A stretch of DNA of 64,000 nt, taken from NCBI GenBank assembly GCA_016186205.1, contig JACPMA010000017.1, positions 56,777 to 120,776 of the forward strand. Reading direction: 5' to 3'. The notes beneath the pieces are model-generated. The model had not been told where the DNA came from, did not search any database, and saw only the letters and a program-made list of their open reading frames with translations. Shown one piece after another: positions 37,977 to 46,797 of this stretch (position 1 is the first letter of the stretch; each line of letters begins with the position of its first letter). This DNA is from Candidatus Peregrinibacteria bacterium (GTDB lineage: Bacteria > Patescibacteriota > Gracilibacteria > UBA1369 > UM-FILTER-53-11). The position numbers and the translations under genes are program-made.

Positions 37977-38636
37977 ATGGCTTCCTCTAGGCCGAGCCAC
38001 AGCGAGGTTAAGCAAATAGTGCATCTCCACAGCCAAAAAATAGGCAAGAAAGTCTGTACGTACAGACTCTGGGCTAATGTTTTCATCGCTCTGGGATCAA
38101 ATTTGGGAGATCGCCATATAAACCTTCAGCGCGCGATACGACAGCTTAAACTGCAGGCCGGAAAAGCGTTTACTGCATCGGCAGTTTTTGAAACAGAACC
38201 AGTGGGACCCAAAAACCAAAATTGGTATTTGAATCAATGCATTAAATTCAAAACCAAACTTTCTCCGTCAGAACTTCTTGCTTTCTGTCAGGCTGTTGAA
38301 AAAAACATGGGACGTATCAGACGAAAACATTGGGGGCCTAGGATAATCGACATTGATATTCTTTTTTATGATGATCAAATTTGCCGCACCAAAAATCTTA
38401 CCATTCCTCATCCGGAGATTTCAAAACGGCGTTTTGTACTTGTTCCTTTAGCGGAGATTGCGCCGGATTTTATCCATCCAATCCTCAAAAAAAGCATTAA
38501 AGAGTTATTGAAGGAATGTGCTGATACCTCTATAGTAAGGCCGCATATAAGGCAAGCCAAAAGTCCGCATGGATACTCATCAACTCAAAAAACTCGCAAC
38601 GCAGTTCCGAATCGACATTCTTTGGGCCGTTCATAA
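37977..38636 (+). CDS. folK: HPPK (hydroxymethyl-dihydropterin pyrophosphokinase) with an N-terminal insertion
   Basis: IALGSNLG, ET.P, WGPRIIDIDIL, L.IPHP, R.FVL.PL. Confidence 0.93.
   Translation: MASSRPSHSEVKQIVHLHSQKIGKKVCTYRLWANVFIALGSNLGDRHINLQRAIRQLKLQAGKAFTASAVFETEPVGPKNQNWYLNQCIKFKTKLSPSELLAFCQAVEKNMGRIRRKHWGPRIIDIDILFYDDQICRTKNLTIPHPEISKRRFVLVPLAEIAPDFIHPILKKSIKELLKECADTSIVRPHIRQAKSPHGYSSTQKTRNAVPNRHSLGRS
37983..38075 (+). mobile_element. 93-nt in-frame insertion at the 5' end of folK containing an 18-bp perfect palindrome
   Basis: Flanked by a GGCT duplication; AGTCTGTACGTACAGACT at 38051-38068; removal restores MANVFIALGSN. Confidence 0.6.
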
Positions 38637-39414
38637 AGCCAATTCCGGCCACGCGACCACATCGCTTTCGTGCATCGATATAATTACAACCCTTTATTTC
38701 GGCGACATAGATGGAGAGCCGATTATGCGTTATGATCCGAAAAAACCGCAATGGGACGGACGCGATTATTTTATTTTGAGCAAAGGCCACGGATGCCCGG
38801 CGCTCTACACGGTGCTCGCGCATCTCGGATTTTTTCCGAAAGAGGAACTCAATCATCTGCGGCAAATCAACTCGCTTTTAGAAGGTCACCCCGTTAATAA
38901 AATTCCAGGCATTGAAGCAACCACTGGTCCGCTTGGCCAAGGACTTTCGTTTGGAAACGGTATTGCGCTTGCGCTGAAAATGGATAAAAAATCGAACCGC
39001 GTATACGTGCTTCTTGGTGATGGGGAGCTGCAAGAAGGCCAAATTTGGGAAGCTGCCATGACTTCGTCGCAATATAAACTCGATAATGTTACGGTTTTTG
39101 TGGACAATAATAAATTACAGCAAACAAACTTCGTGCGTTCAATAAAACCGGTTGAACCGATCGGTCCAAAGTTCGCGGCATTTGGATGGAACGTGATTAA
39201 TGTTGCCAACGGCCACGATTTTGATGAAATCCGCGATGCCATCCGCCGCGCGCGGAAAACCAAACTCAAACCGACTGTACTCGTTTGCGAGACCGTAAAG
39301 GGCAAAGGTGTGCCGTTTGCAGAACATAAAGCCAGCTATCACGGCGTGGCTTTATCTAAAGAAGAAATGGCCGAAGCGATTCCGATTTTGGAAAAGGAGT
39401 TGCATCAACTATGA
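38569..39414 (+). CDS. Transketolase, N-terminal (ThDP-binding) subunit
   Basis: SGH, LSKGH, GHP, TGPLGQG, GDGELQEG..WE, T.KGKG. Confidence 0.93.
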   Translation: MDTHQLKKLATQFRIDILWAVHKANSGHATTSLSCIDIITTLYFGDIDGEPIMRYDPKKPQWDGRDYFILSKGHGCPALYTVLAHLGFFPKEELNHLRQINSLLEGHPVNKIPGIEATTGPLGQGLSFGNGIALALKMDKKSNRVYVLLGDGELQEGQIWEAAMTSSQYKLDNVTVFVDNNKLQQTNFVRSIKPVEPIGPKFAAFGWNVINVANGHDFDEIRDAIRRARKTKLKPTVLVCETVKGKGVPFAEHKASYHGVALSKEEMAEAIPILEKELHQL

Positions 39415-39848
39415 GCACGCCGCAAAAACTATATCGTGAAGGAAAAGATTATCAGCAGATTAATTTTGCAAAACTTCGCGCATGGCTAAAAAAAACCGCG
39501 CCGCTTGTTGTCTTTGCATACGAAAAAGCCGCACCAGGCGAGCAGTGGATTTCTATTTCTACGCCGGAGCTCACGTGTATTTGTCCCTTTTCCGATTTTC
39601 CCGATTTTGGGCGAGTAGAAATTCACTATGTGCCGTCGCGCCGTTGCCTTGAACTTAAATCTTTTAAGCTTTATATAAACGCCTTCCGCGACATCAAGAT
39701 TTTTCACGAAGCGATCACCGAGGTGATTTTTGCGGATTTTTTAGCAGCGGTGAAGCCCAAAAAAGCGTGGATGAAGGTTGATATGAATGCAAGAGGTAAT
39801 GTGAAAACAGTGTGCCGGAAGTACTGGAAAACGTCCGCTAGGAGCTAG
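39411..39848 (+). CDS. queF: NADPH-dependent preQ0 reductase (type I)
   Basis: PELTCICP..D.PDFG, ELKSFKLY...FR....HE, RG. Confidence 0.88.
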   Translation: MSTPQKLYREGKDYQQINFAKLRAWLKKTAPLVVFAYEKAAPGEQWISISTPELTCICPFSDFPDFGRVEIHYVPSRRCLELKSFKLYINAFRDIKIFHEAITEVIFADFLAAVKPKKAWMKVDMNARGNVKTVCRKYWKTSARS

Positions 39849-39851
39849 ACA

Positions 39852-40589
39852 TTAGGTGCTATTGACCATGGAATTTTTCAGTAGCATAAGCGTTTCTTGT
39901 TTTAAAATTTTCCTGACACGTTGGAATTCTTGAGGAAGAAGTAAAACGTTTAAATCCTCATCTATAAGCGTCTGCGTAACATGCCGGTTGATAAAATCAC
40001 ATAGTTCCGCTAAGAATACCGATGCCTCCACGCCCCGCAGTTCCCGAATAATATTTTCGTCGTATTCGTACCCTTTTATAAAAAATGTATGTATATCAAA
40101 TAGATCGCGCGAAGCAAATGTTCCAGTTCGTTCCCATCTTCCGATTAGCGCAATAAGCTTGTGCGCAAACATCGTTGGAATAGTATGGCAGTGAAGAATC
40201 CGGTCGATTTCAGAAAAACGCACGGGTTCATAACGATCATGTTTTGCAGGCGGAAACGCCACATCGATTTTTATGATATTTCTGGGATTTTCATCAGTTT
40301 TTGGGTAACGAAGGAAATATTGAGGCGCCAGCCGGCTTTTATCTTTGATTTCCAGCCTCAACTTTTTGAAAATATTTTCAAGATGTTTTGATAATTCCGA
40401 TTTCCCTTTTTCATCAATAAGATCAAAATCAAGATCTACCGAAAAGCGATTGATAATACCGCGCATGGCGGCACAGGTGCCTCCTTTGAAGCGCAAGAGT
40501 GAGCTCACAAAAGCATCATCGGCTATGGCGCCGAGCAAACGATACATCCATGCAAGATGCAGAGCGTCGATTTTTTTCGGAAGAATCAT
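39852..40589 (-). CDS. AbiEii-family nucleotidyltransferase toxin (type IV TA)
   Basis: FKGGT, RFSVDLDFD, K..A, RD.FD; ATGA overlap with the antitoxin gene. Confidence 0.9.
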   Translation of the reverse strand: MILPKKIDALHLAWMYRLLGAIADDAFVSSLLRFKGGTCAAMRGIINRFSVDLDFDLIDEKGKSELSKHLENIFKKLRLEIKDKSRLAPQYFLRYPKTDENPRNIIKIDVAFPPAKHDRYEPVRFSEIDRILHCHTIPTMFAHKLIALIGRWERTGTFASRDLFDIHTFFIKGYEYDENIIRELRGVEASVFLAELCDFINRHVTQTLIDEDLNVLLLPQEFQRVRKILKQETLMLLKNSMVNST

Positions 40590-41158
40590 AACGATTTTGC
40601 TGTTATAGAATAGCCAATTTCCTTTTGTATTTTTTTTATTTTCTTCCATGGAACGGGATGATCAAAATGAAACCGCGGATTAAAATAGAGCATGTCGGCA
40701 ATGGCCCGCTCCGCCGTCGCCTGTTTTACGCCGTTTTGCATTATAAGTTGCGTCGGTTGATACAAATAGCGGTCATGAAGTTTGCGGCTTTTATAGCGAT
40801 GCGGTCCGATGCGGAATTGTTTCGATAGCGTACTTATAAAAGTGTATACGGATGGAGTTTGAGAAATGAATCCATTCCTCCAGAGAATAGTTTCGGTGCT
40901 TAGATAACAAAATTGATGAAGCGCTTTTGCCCCGAGCAAGACGGGATCAAGTTCCGAAACGGGAGAGAGCGAATAAAATCCCCGATAAATCCGATACAGT
41001 AGTTTATTGTCGGTGTAGCGTTTGAGGGTAACCCTTAAAGTATTCCGGTCCGTGATTCTCCACAGATTGGCAAGATCATCTATGTGAAAAATCATCTCCT
41101 GCTTTTTGGCAAGAAGAGCGATTCTCTGTGCGGATATGTTATTTCTTAATGTACTCAT
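40586..41158 (-). CDS. AbiEi-family antitoxin
   Basis: N-terminal wHTH (L.RI.RG.Y), Y.S.ET.L...G.I.Q, A..ERA..D.LY. Confidence 0.85.
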   Translation of the reverse strand: MSTLRNNISAQRIALLAKKQEMIFHIDDLANLWRITDRNTLRVTLKRYTDNKLLYRIYRGFYSLSPVSELDPVLLGAKALHQFCYLSTETILWRNGFISQTPSVYTFISTLSKQFRIGPHRYKSRKLHDRYLYQPTQLIMQNGVKQATAERAIADMLYFNPRFHFDHPVPWKKIKKIQKEIGYSITAKSL

Positions 41159-41229
41159 CTGTACATTATAATATAGCAAAAAGGCAGTATTTGCAATAGC
41201 ATTGTAAACAGATTACGATTCGCGAGTAC

Positions 41230-41877
41230 ATGGTCCTTAATGAAATTTTTTATTCCATTCAGGGCGAGGGTTTGAATGCCGGCGTGCCGGCGATTTTTGT
41301 ACGTTTTGGAAATTGTAATTTGAAGTGCACGTGGTGCGATACCAAGTACACGTGGCATCCGGATGTGCAGGATAATTTTGAGGCTACTGCGAAGCAGCTT
41401 TTTGAAGATATCCATGCGTTAGGCGTATACGAAAAATGCCGCCATTTCGTAATCACTGGCGGAGAGCCGATGCTTCAGCAGCCGGTTATTTTGGCTTTAC
41501 GAAAAGAATTTCCAGATTCATATATAGAAGTCGAAACCAACGGCAGTCAGACGGTGCGCTGTTTTGATGACGTCGATTTATTTACCGTTTCCTATAAAAC
41601 TAGCAATTCCGGCAATCCGCCGTATGAATTAAAAACGCGCAATGAAAAATGCGTTTATAAATTTGTTGTGTGCTGCGAAGGTGATTTTGATGAAATTGAA
41701 AAAATCATTCGTCAATACCGCCTTCCCGCCGATAAAATTTTCCTCATGCCCGAAGGCGCGACGCGCGAGGAAGTTCTCAAGAAACATCCGTGGATTCTCG
41801 ACCGTTGCGACCAAAAAGGGTATAGATTTACGACGCGTCTCCATATTCTTACCTGGGGAAACGAGCGGCAGCGATAA
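41230..41877 (+). CDS. queE: 7-carboxy-7-deazaguanine synthase (radical SAM)
   Basis: EIF.SIQGEG...G.P..FVR..CNL.C.WCDT, TGGEP, ETNG, RLH. Confidence 0.95.
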   Translation: MVLNEIFYSIQGEGLNAGVPAIFVRFGNCNLKCTWCDTKYTWHPDVQDNFEATAKQLFEDIHALGVYEKCRHFVITGGEPMLQQPVILALRKEFPDSYIEVETNGSQTVRCFDDVDLFTVSYKTSNSGNPPYELKTRNEKCVYKFVVCCEGDFDEIEKIIRQYRLPADKIFLMPEGATREEVLKKHPWILDRCDQKGYRFTTRLHILTWGNERQR

Positions 41878-41955
41878 AGTATTGTGCGTGTTGACTTTTG
41901 TCAGGCGGACAGGTATTCTATAAGTAGAAATTCTTATTTTCTAATTTTCCGAAAG

Positions 41956-42174
41956 ATGCAAACCGTAGTTCTTACGCTTCAGAGCAAAGGTCAAATAATG
42001 CTGCCTAAAGAGTGGAGGGATGAATTGGGAGCTTCCGTTTATCAGGCGGTAAAAGAGAATGAGGTCATTATTTTAACCCCGGTTCATATTGCTTCCGATA
42101 AAGAAGTCTTGAAGGTAGCAAATCGAGTGATAAAAAAGAATAAAACTCTCTTAAAATCTCTAGCGGATAAATAA
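41956..42174 (+). CDS. AbrB/MazE-type antitoxin
   Basis: KGQI.LPKEWR..LG; C-terminal LLKSLAD; directly upstream of Doc. Confidence 0.8.
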   Translation: MQTVVLTLQSKGQIMLPKEWRDELGASVYQAVKENEVIILTPVHIASDKEVLKVANRVIKKNKTLLKSLADK

Positions 42175-42564
42175 ATGTTCTTTTATCTTTCCGTTCAACA
42201 AGTTGAGCAAATTCACGATGTTTCGATTCGACAATTTGGGGGTTCTCACGGCGTAAGATCAAAAGAGCTACTCGAATCAGCCGTGTTTCGGATGCAAGCA
42301 ACATTTGGAGGCGAGGATCTCTATAAGGATATTTTTGATAAAGCAGCTGCATTGCTCGAATCGCTGTGTAAAAATCATCCTTTTATTGACGGCAATAAGA
42401 GGGCCGCTTTTACCTGTGCCGTTACTTTTTTGGAATTGAATAATTACGACATAAAGTTTGATAAAGAAGAAACCGAAAAAATGATGGTTAAAGTAGCCGC
42501 GAGTAAATTTTCTTTTGAAGAAATAGCAAAATTTTTGAAAGAAAATTATCAAAAATACAGATAA
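42175..42564 (+). CDS. doc: Death-on-curing (Fic/Doc) toxin
   Basis: FGG..G.R...LESA, HPFIDGNKR. Confidence 0.92.
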   Translation: MFFYLSVQQVEQIHDVSIRQFGGSHGVRSKELLESAVFRMQATFGGEDLYKDIFDKAAALLESLCKNHPFIDGNKRAAFTCAVTFLELNNYDIKFDKEETEKMMVKVAASKFSFEEIAKFLKENYQKYR

Positions 42565-42568
42565 TTTT

Positions 42569-43189
42569 ATGAAAACAATTCTTATTTACTCCGGCGGCAT
42601 GGATTCTACGACGCTTCTCTATAAACTGCGCGCCGAAGGCGACCTATTGCACGCGCTTTCTTTTGATTACGGCCAGCGGCATAAAAAGGAGCTTAAAGCT
42701 GCTGCAAAAATATGCAAAAAACTCAACGTGCCGCATAAAATTGTTGATATTACGGCTGTGAAAAATCTTATGGAGGGTTCAGCGCTTACGAGCGGCCGCA
42801 TAAAGGTTCCGGAAGGCCATTATCAAGATAAAACAATGCGCGCCACTGTCGTTCCGAACCGCAACATGATTTTTATCGCGCTCGCGATTGCGCAAGCGGT
42901 TTCCATGAAATTTGATCGTGTGGCGATCGCAGTTCATGCCGGCGATCATGCCATTTATCCGGATTGTCGGCCGGCTTTTATAAAAGCCATGCACACCGCA
43001 TCAAAAATCGCCAATTACGAAAAAATCGCCATTTCTGCGCCGTTTCTTAACATTACTAAACGGGATATCGCAAAAATCGGACACCAACTCGGCGTGCCTT
43101 ATGAATTAACATGGACCTGTTATAAAGGTTTACATAAGCCCTGCGGTAAGTGCGGCGCTTGCGTTGAAAGGCAAGAAGCTTTGTGCTAA
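42569..43189 (+). CDS. queC: 7-cyano-7-deazaguanine synthase
   Basis: SGGMDS, YGQRH, VPNRN, YPDCR, CY......CG.CG.C..R. Confidence 0.96.
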   Translation: MKTILIYSGGMDSTTLLYKLRAEGDLLHALSFDYGQRHKKELKAAAKICKKLNVPHKIVDITAVKNLMEGSALTSGRIKVPEGHYQDKTMRATVVPNRNMIFIALAIAQAVSMKFDRVAIAVHAGDHAIYPDCRPAFIKAMHTASKIANYEKIAISAPFLNITKRDIAKIGHQLGVPYELTWTCYKGLHKPCGKCGACVERQEALC

Positions 43190-43218
43190 TATCGGTTCCA
43201 TTCTTTAACTCATCTTGT

Positions 43219-44322
43219 ATGCCAGAAGCCAGACGCGAATCGGAACTCATAATGACAGAGCGTGATGACGCAAAAGCGCGTGGCGACGGGCGGCGAACAA
43301 AGCAGGCCTACCATACTGCCCTTGCGCATAGAGACGGCGTTCCACAGAAGATGCTTTTGGTTGGCGAGTCGGAGCGCGCCAAAGTGGTAACGGAATTTTT
43401 CGATCGCGGCATAGAAGGTTCTGCAGCGCACCGCGAATTTGCCACGTTTTGGGGAATTTATCACGGTGTCCGCGTTGCAGTTATGTGTACGGGAATCGGA
43501 ACCGATAACAGCGAAATTGCTTCTGTGGAACTTCATGCGGTCCACGAATATGATGATGAAAAAGATCAATGGGATGAAGAGCCTGCAAAGCGAACCATTA
43601 TTCGAGTCGGTACTTCAGCATCGCCGCAAGCTGATGTTCCGCTCGGCAGCCTTGGCATAACGAGCCATGCGATCGGTTTGGATAATACCGGTCTCTCATA
43701 TCTCCATCCGGGCAAAAGAACCCTTGATGATTATGAAGATCCGTTCGGCGTTTACTACACGCCGGATAATCCTCTTGCAAAAGCCATTTTTGACCAAGTG
43801 CGCCGGGAAATTTGGGATGCAACGCATGGAGTAATTCGTCCTTATGTTTCTACCGCAACGCCGCAAGTTGTCGAAGCTCTTAAAAATTCCGCAGGCCAAA
43901 ATGGCATGCCGCTTGATTGCGGCGTCGGCGCGTATACGGGAATCACAACCAGCGCTCCGGGATTTTTTGGGCCGCAAGGAAGACAAATCGGCCGTTTAAG
44001 TAATGTTATTCTGCCGGATTTGCAAGATCGATTGGCAAGAATAAGAATTCCTCTTCCAAGCGGCGGAGTTATGAGAGTTACCGATGTTGATGAACCGGTA
44101 AGGCTTGAAGATGAACAAGTTGTGCGCGCCGTTAACAATGAAATGGAAGCGAGCGTGCTTAACCGTCTCAACGGTGAAATTCTCGGCCATCAGGTTGGCG
44201 CCGTATGTCTTGTAATCGCCAATCGCAACAAAGGAGAATTTATTACAGAAGACGGCTATAAAGAAGGCGTGCGCCGCGCATGCCAAGTTGCACTCGATGC
44301 CATTGTCCAATTGGCGGCGTAA
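43219..44322 (+). CDS. Nucleoside (uridine) phosphorylase family protein; start uncertain
   Basis: VG...R, HREF, TGIGTDN, IIRVGT, GF.GPQGR, EMEAS, ANR. Confidence 0.8.
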   Translation: MPEARRESELIMTERDDAKARGDGRRTKQAYHTALAHRDGVPQKMLLVGESERAKVVTEFFDRGIEGSAAHREFATFWGIYHGVRVAVMCTGIGTDNSEIASVELHAVHEYDDEKDQWDEEPAKRTIIRVGTSASPQADVPLGSLGITSHAIGLDNTGLSYLHPGKRTLDDYEDPFGVYYTPDNPLAKAIFDQVRREIWDATHGVIRPYVSTATPQVVEALKNSAGQNGMPLDCGVGAYTGITTSAPGFFGPQGRQIGRLSNVILPDLQDRLARIRIPLPSGGVMRVTDVDEPVRLEDEQVVRAVNNEMEASVLNRLNGEILGHQVGAVCLVIANRNKGEFITEDGYKEGVRRACQVALDAIVQLAA

Positions 44323-44325
44323 AAT

Positions 44326-44826
44326 TTACTGTTTTTTGTAGAGGATAAAATTATTCAAAATTTTAATTCGATCCTCTGGAATAGACCCCGAACCGCCAAA
44401 AACGGCGTCATTTCGAAATCCGTGGCCAAAACGGAGGGTATTTCCTTCAACTGCATAAATATCATAAAGCGGTACGCCTTGATCTAGATCCATAAACATA
44501 ATTTTTCCGCCATCCTCAACTCCGTAACTATACCGATTAGTATCATCCATATCGGCAGTGCCATCGCAACCGGCTTTGAAAAACGCTTTGCGATTATGTG
44601 TGGCCGTACCGTCGTCAGCGAAAATAAAGCTGTGAAGTTCCGCCCACTGATCCGAAGGTTTTGGAATCAGGCAGTCCGTTTTCCAATTGCCAACTAACGC
44701 GTTGTTTATTTCTTTATTTGTTTCACTCTTTGCTGCGCTCGAACCAACATCTTTGCTTGATTTTCCGCATGCTCCTAGAATAAAAACCAACATAATAAAA
44801 CCGAAGATGTATTTTTTGCGCTTCAT
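44326..44826 (-). CDS. Lipoprotein of unknown function
   Basis: Lipobox LGAC after a basic/hydrophobic leader. Confidence 0.7.
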   Translation of the reverse strand: MKRKKYIFGFIMLVFILGACGKSSKDVGSSAAKSETNKEINNALVGNWKTDCLIPKPSDQWAELHSFIFADDGTATHNRKAFFKAGCDGTADMDDTNRYSYGVEDGGKIMFMDLDQGVPLYDIYAVEGNTLRFGHGFRNDAVFGGSGSIPEDRIKILNNFILYKKQ

Positions 44827-44876
44827 AAGAAGATGATTAAATGATATAATTGTATGATAAATTAAAACGCATTTTT

Positions 44877-46217
44877 ATGAAACAAATAAAAAAGATTTAT
44901 TTAGGTTTAGGCGTCGGTCTGTTTTTTGCAACTGTTTTTGTGGCGCAGGCACAGTCCTTAACTCCGGACAAACTTCAGCAACTTCAAGATCTCAAGAAAT
45001 TATATAAAGAGGCGGAAGCAAAAAATCCTGCACTTTCTCCTTATACAAAACAAAGCCTGGAAATGATAGAAAAAATCGAGTCGGCGAATAAGCTCAATAA
45101 AAATCCTATAGCTGCTCCGAAAATTCCAATTAAGCCTTCCGCTCCAATCCTAAAGCCGGCACTAAAATCACCAGACCACGAGGTTATAAAAGAAAATTTC
45201 CCTGAAACGAAAAAGAAAATTTCCCTGGAAAAACGCGCAGCCATTCATAAAGAGGCGCAGCAAAAATTCAGCGTCGTCATTAAAGAAAATACGCAAGATA
45301 CGAACCGCGACGGAGTTTCCGATGAAGTGGAAACGCTTTTGGGAATAGATCCGAAAAAACCTCAATCCGGCCATTTTTCCGGATTTGAGAAAAAATTATA
45401 CGGGCTCGACACGCCACAAAAAGCAGCGCGCGTTGAAAAACAATGCAACATTGGTGTTTTATCCGGCGCGAAACTTTCTTTAGAAGGGTTTACCGTTCTT
45501 GCGGCATGTCCAAAGGGTCAGCAGTTCGCGCTTTATGCAATGGATGAGCAAGGATTTACAACGGCTCTTGGAACCCAAACGGCTTCCGATAATTACAAAA
45601 TTGTTTTCGTGGTAGATAAGAATAAGCTCTCGCCGGGAAAATATACGTTTCAGCTTGAAGCAGCATCGCCGTTAACTCTGAATTCCAAAAATGGACAAGC
45701 AGACGTAGTCGGAATAGTTGGAGCCGGCGCAAATGAGCCTTCCAAACCGGTGGCAGTGGAAATTGTTCCGTCCACGGCTATTCCGCAGCCGCAAGCGCAA
45801 AAGATTGAGAATGTCGATATCGCCGCGCTCAAAAATATTAAAGTTTTTAAAACTGGCGATGGGAGAATTCATGTTTCCGGCGTCGCCGATATTTCCGCTA
45901 TGGTCGTCGGCACTTTTTCAAGCGCCATTTTTACTTCTGCGCTTTTAGCCAATGTTGAGACAGGCGCTTTTGAAATAATTTCCGCGCAGCCGCTTGAAAC
46001 AGGGGATCATGAAGTGGTGCTTTATGCCACTGAACTTGATCAGCGCGTCCAAAGCAAGCCGGTGCAATTGAAATTTTCAATTGTGGATGTAAATCAAAAG
46101 CGTGGCGCAGCGCCGCAGCAAAATTTTCCTTGGCGAGGTTGGTGGGGTGTAGCGCTTGGTATTACAGCGGCCATCATCGCAGGATTCCTTATTTTCAGGA
46201 AGAAAAAGGCGCATTAG
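44877..46217 (+). CDS. Exported protein with a Ca-binding DxDxDG-like motif, Ig-like beta region and C-terminal membrane anchor
   Basis: Signal peptide (AQA), DTNRDGVSD.VE...G.DP, C-terminal TM plus RKKK. Confidence 0.65.
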   Translation: MKQIKKIYLGLGVGLFFATVFVAQAQSLTPDKLQQLQDLKKLYKEAEAKNPALSPYTKQSLEMIEKIESANKLNKNPIAAPKIPIKPSAPILKPALKSPDHEVIKENFPETKKKISLEKRAAIHKEAQQKFSVVIKENTQDTNRDGVSDEVETLLGIDPKKPQSGHFSGFEKKLYGLDTPQKAARVEKQCNIGVLSGAKLSLEGFTVLAACPKGQQFALYAMDEQGFTTALGTQTASDNYKIVFVVDKNKLSPGKYTFQLEAASPLTLNSKNGQADVVGIVGAGANEPSKPVAVEIVPSTAIPQPQAQKIENVDIAALKNIKVFKTGDGRIHVSGVADISAMVVGTFSSAIFTSALLANVETGAFEIISAQPLETGDHEVVLYATELDQRVQSKPVQLKFSIVDVNQKRGAAPQQNFPWRGWWGVALGITAAIIAGFLIFRKKKAH

Positions 46218-46277
46218 TCGGTATTAGAGCCATAAACTGGACATTTTTTGCGGTTTCGCTATAATGCGCTCCAACTT

Positions 46278-46766
46278 ATGAAGCGTCTTTTTATCATCAG
46301 CATTCTAGCGGTTTTTCTTCTCTCCGGCTGCAAATTCAGCTTTGGGAATATGTTTTTTGATGTGATGCTGAAAGTGCGCGGAGGAAAATTTTCTACAAAG
46401 AAAATAACGCTTGAAACGGATAAAGAACAAATCCAGCTCACCGCGGAAGTCGCTGACAGCGAACGTGAGCGTGAGCGCGGCTATATGGAGCGCGAAAAAG
46501 TGGAAGAGGGGAAAGGCATGCTGTTTATTTTTGAGGATGAAGCGCCGCGGAATTTTTGGATGAAAAATACGCTCATTCCGCTGGATATTCTTTATTTGAA
46601 CAATCAAAAAGAAGTTGTGACCATTGTAGAAAATATGGAGCCGTGCAAAGTGTCGCAATGTCCGTCGTATTCCTCGCGGCAACCAGCCATGTATGCTTTG
46701 GAATTGCCGGCCGGTTTTGTAAAAGCGCATGGCGTTATGGTGGGGGATAAAATAAGCGAAGAGTAA
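46278..46766 (+). CDS. DUF192 lipoprotein
   Basis: LSGC lipobox; E.A.....R..G.M.R, GMLF.F, FWMKNT.IPLD, LE..AG. Confidence 0.88.
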   Translation: MKRLFIISILAVFLLSGCKFSFGNMFFDVMLKVRGGKFSTKKITLETDKEQIQLTAEVADSERERERGYMEREKVEEGKGMLFIFEDEAPRNFWMKNTLIPLDILYLNNQKEVVTIVENMEPCKVSQCPSYSSRQPAMYALELPAGFVKAHGVMVGDKISEE

Positions 46767-46797
46767 TAGGTAATAAGTTGTGTTATATTAAGCCTTG

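Noticed and set aside
37050-43189. dpd-type 7-deazaguanine DNA-modification island
   Set aside because: No dpdA/tgt-like gene is in the window, and queF points to the preQ1/tRNA route. It cannot be excluded genome-wide.
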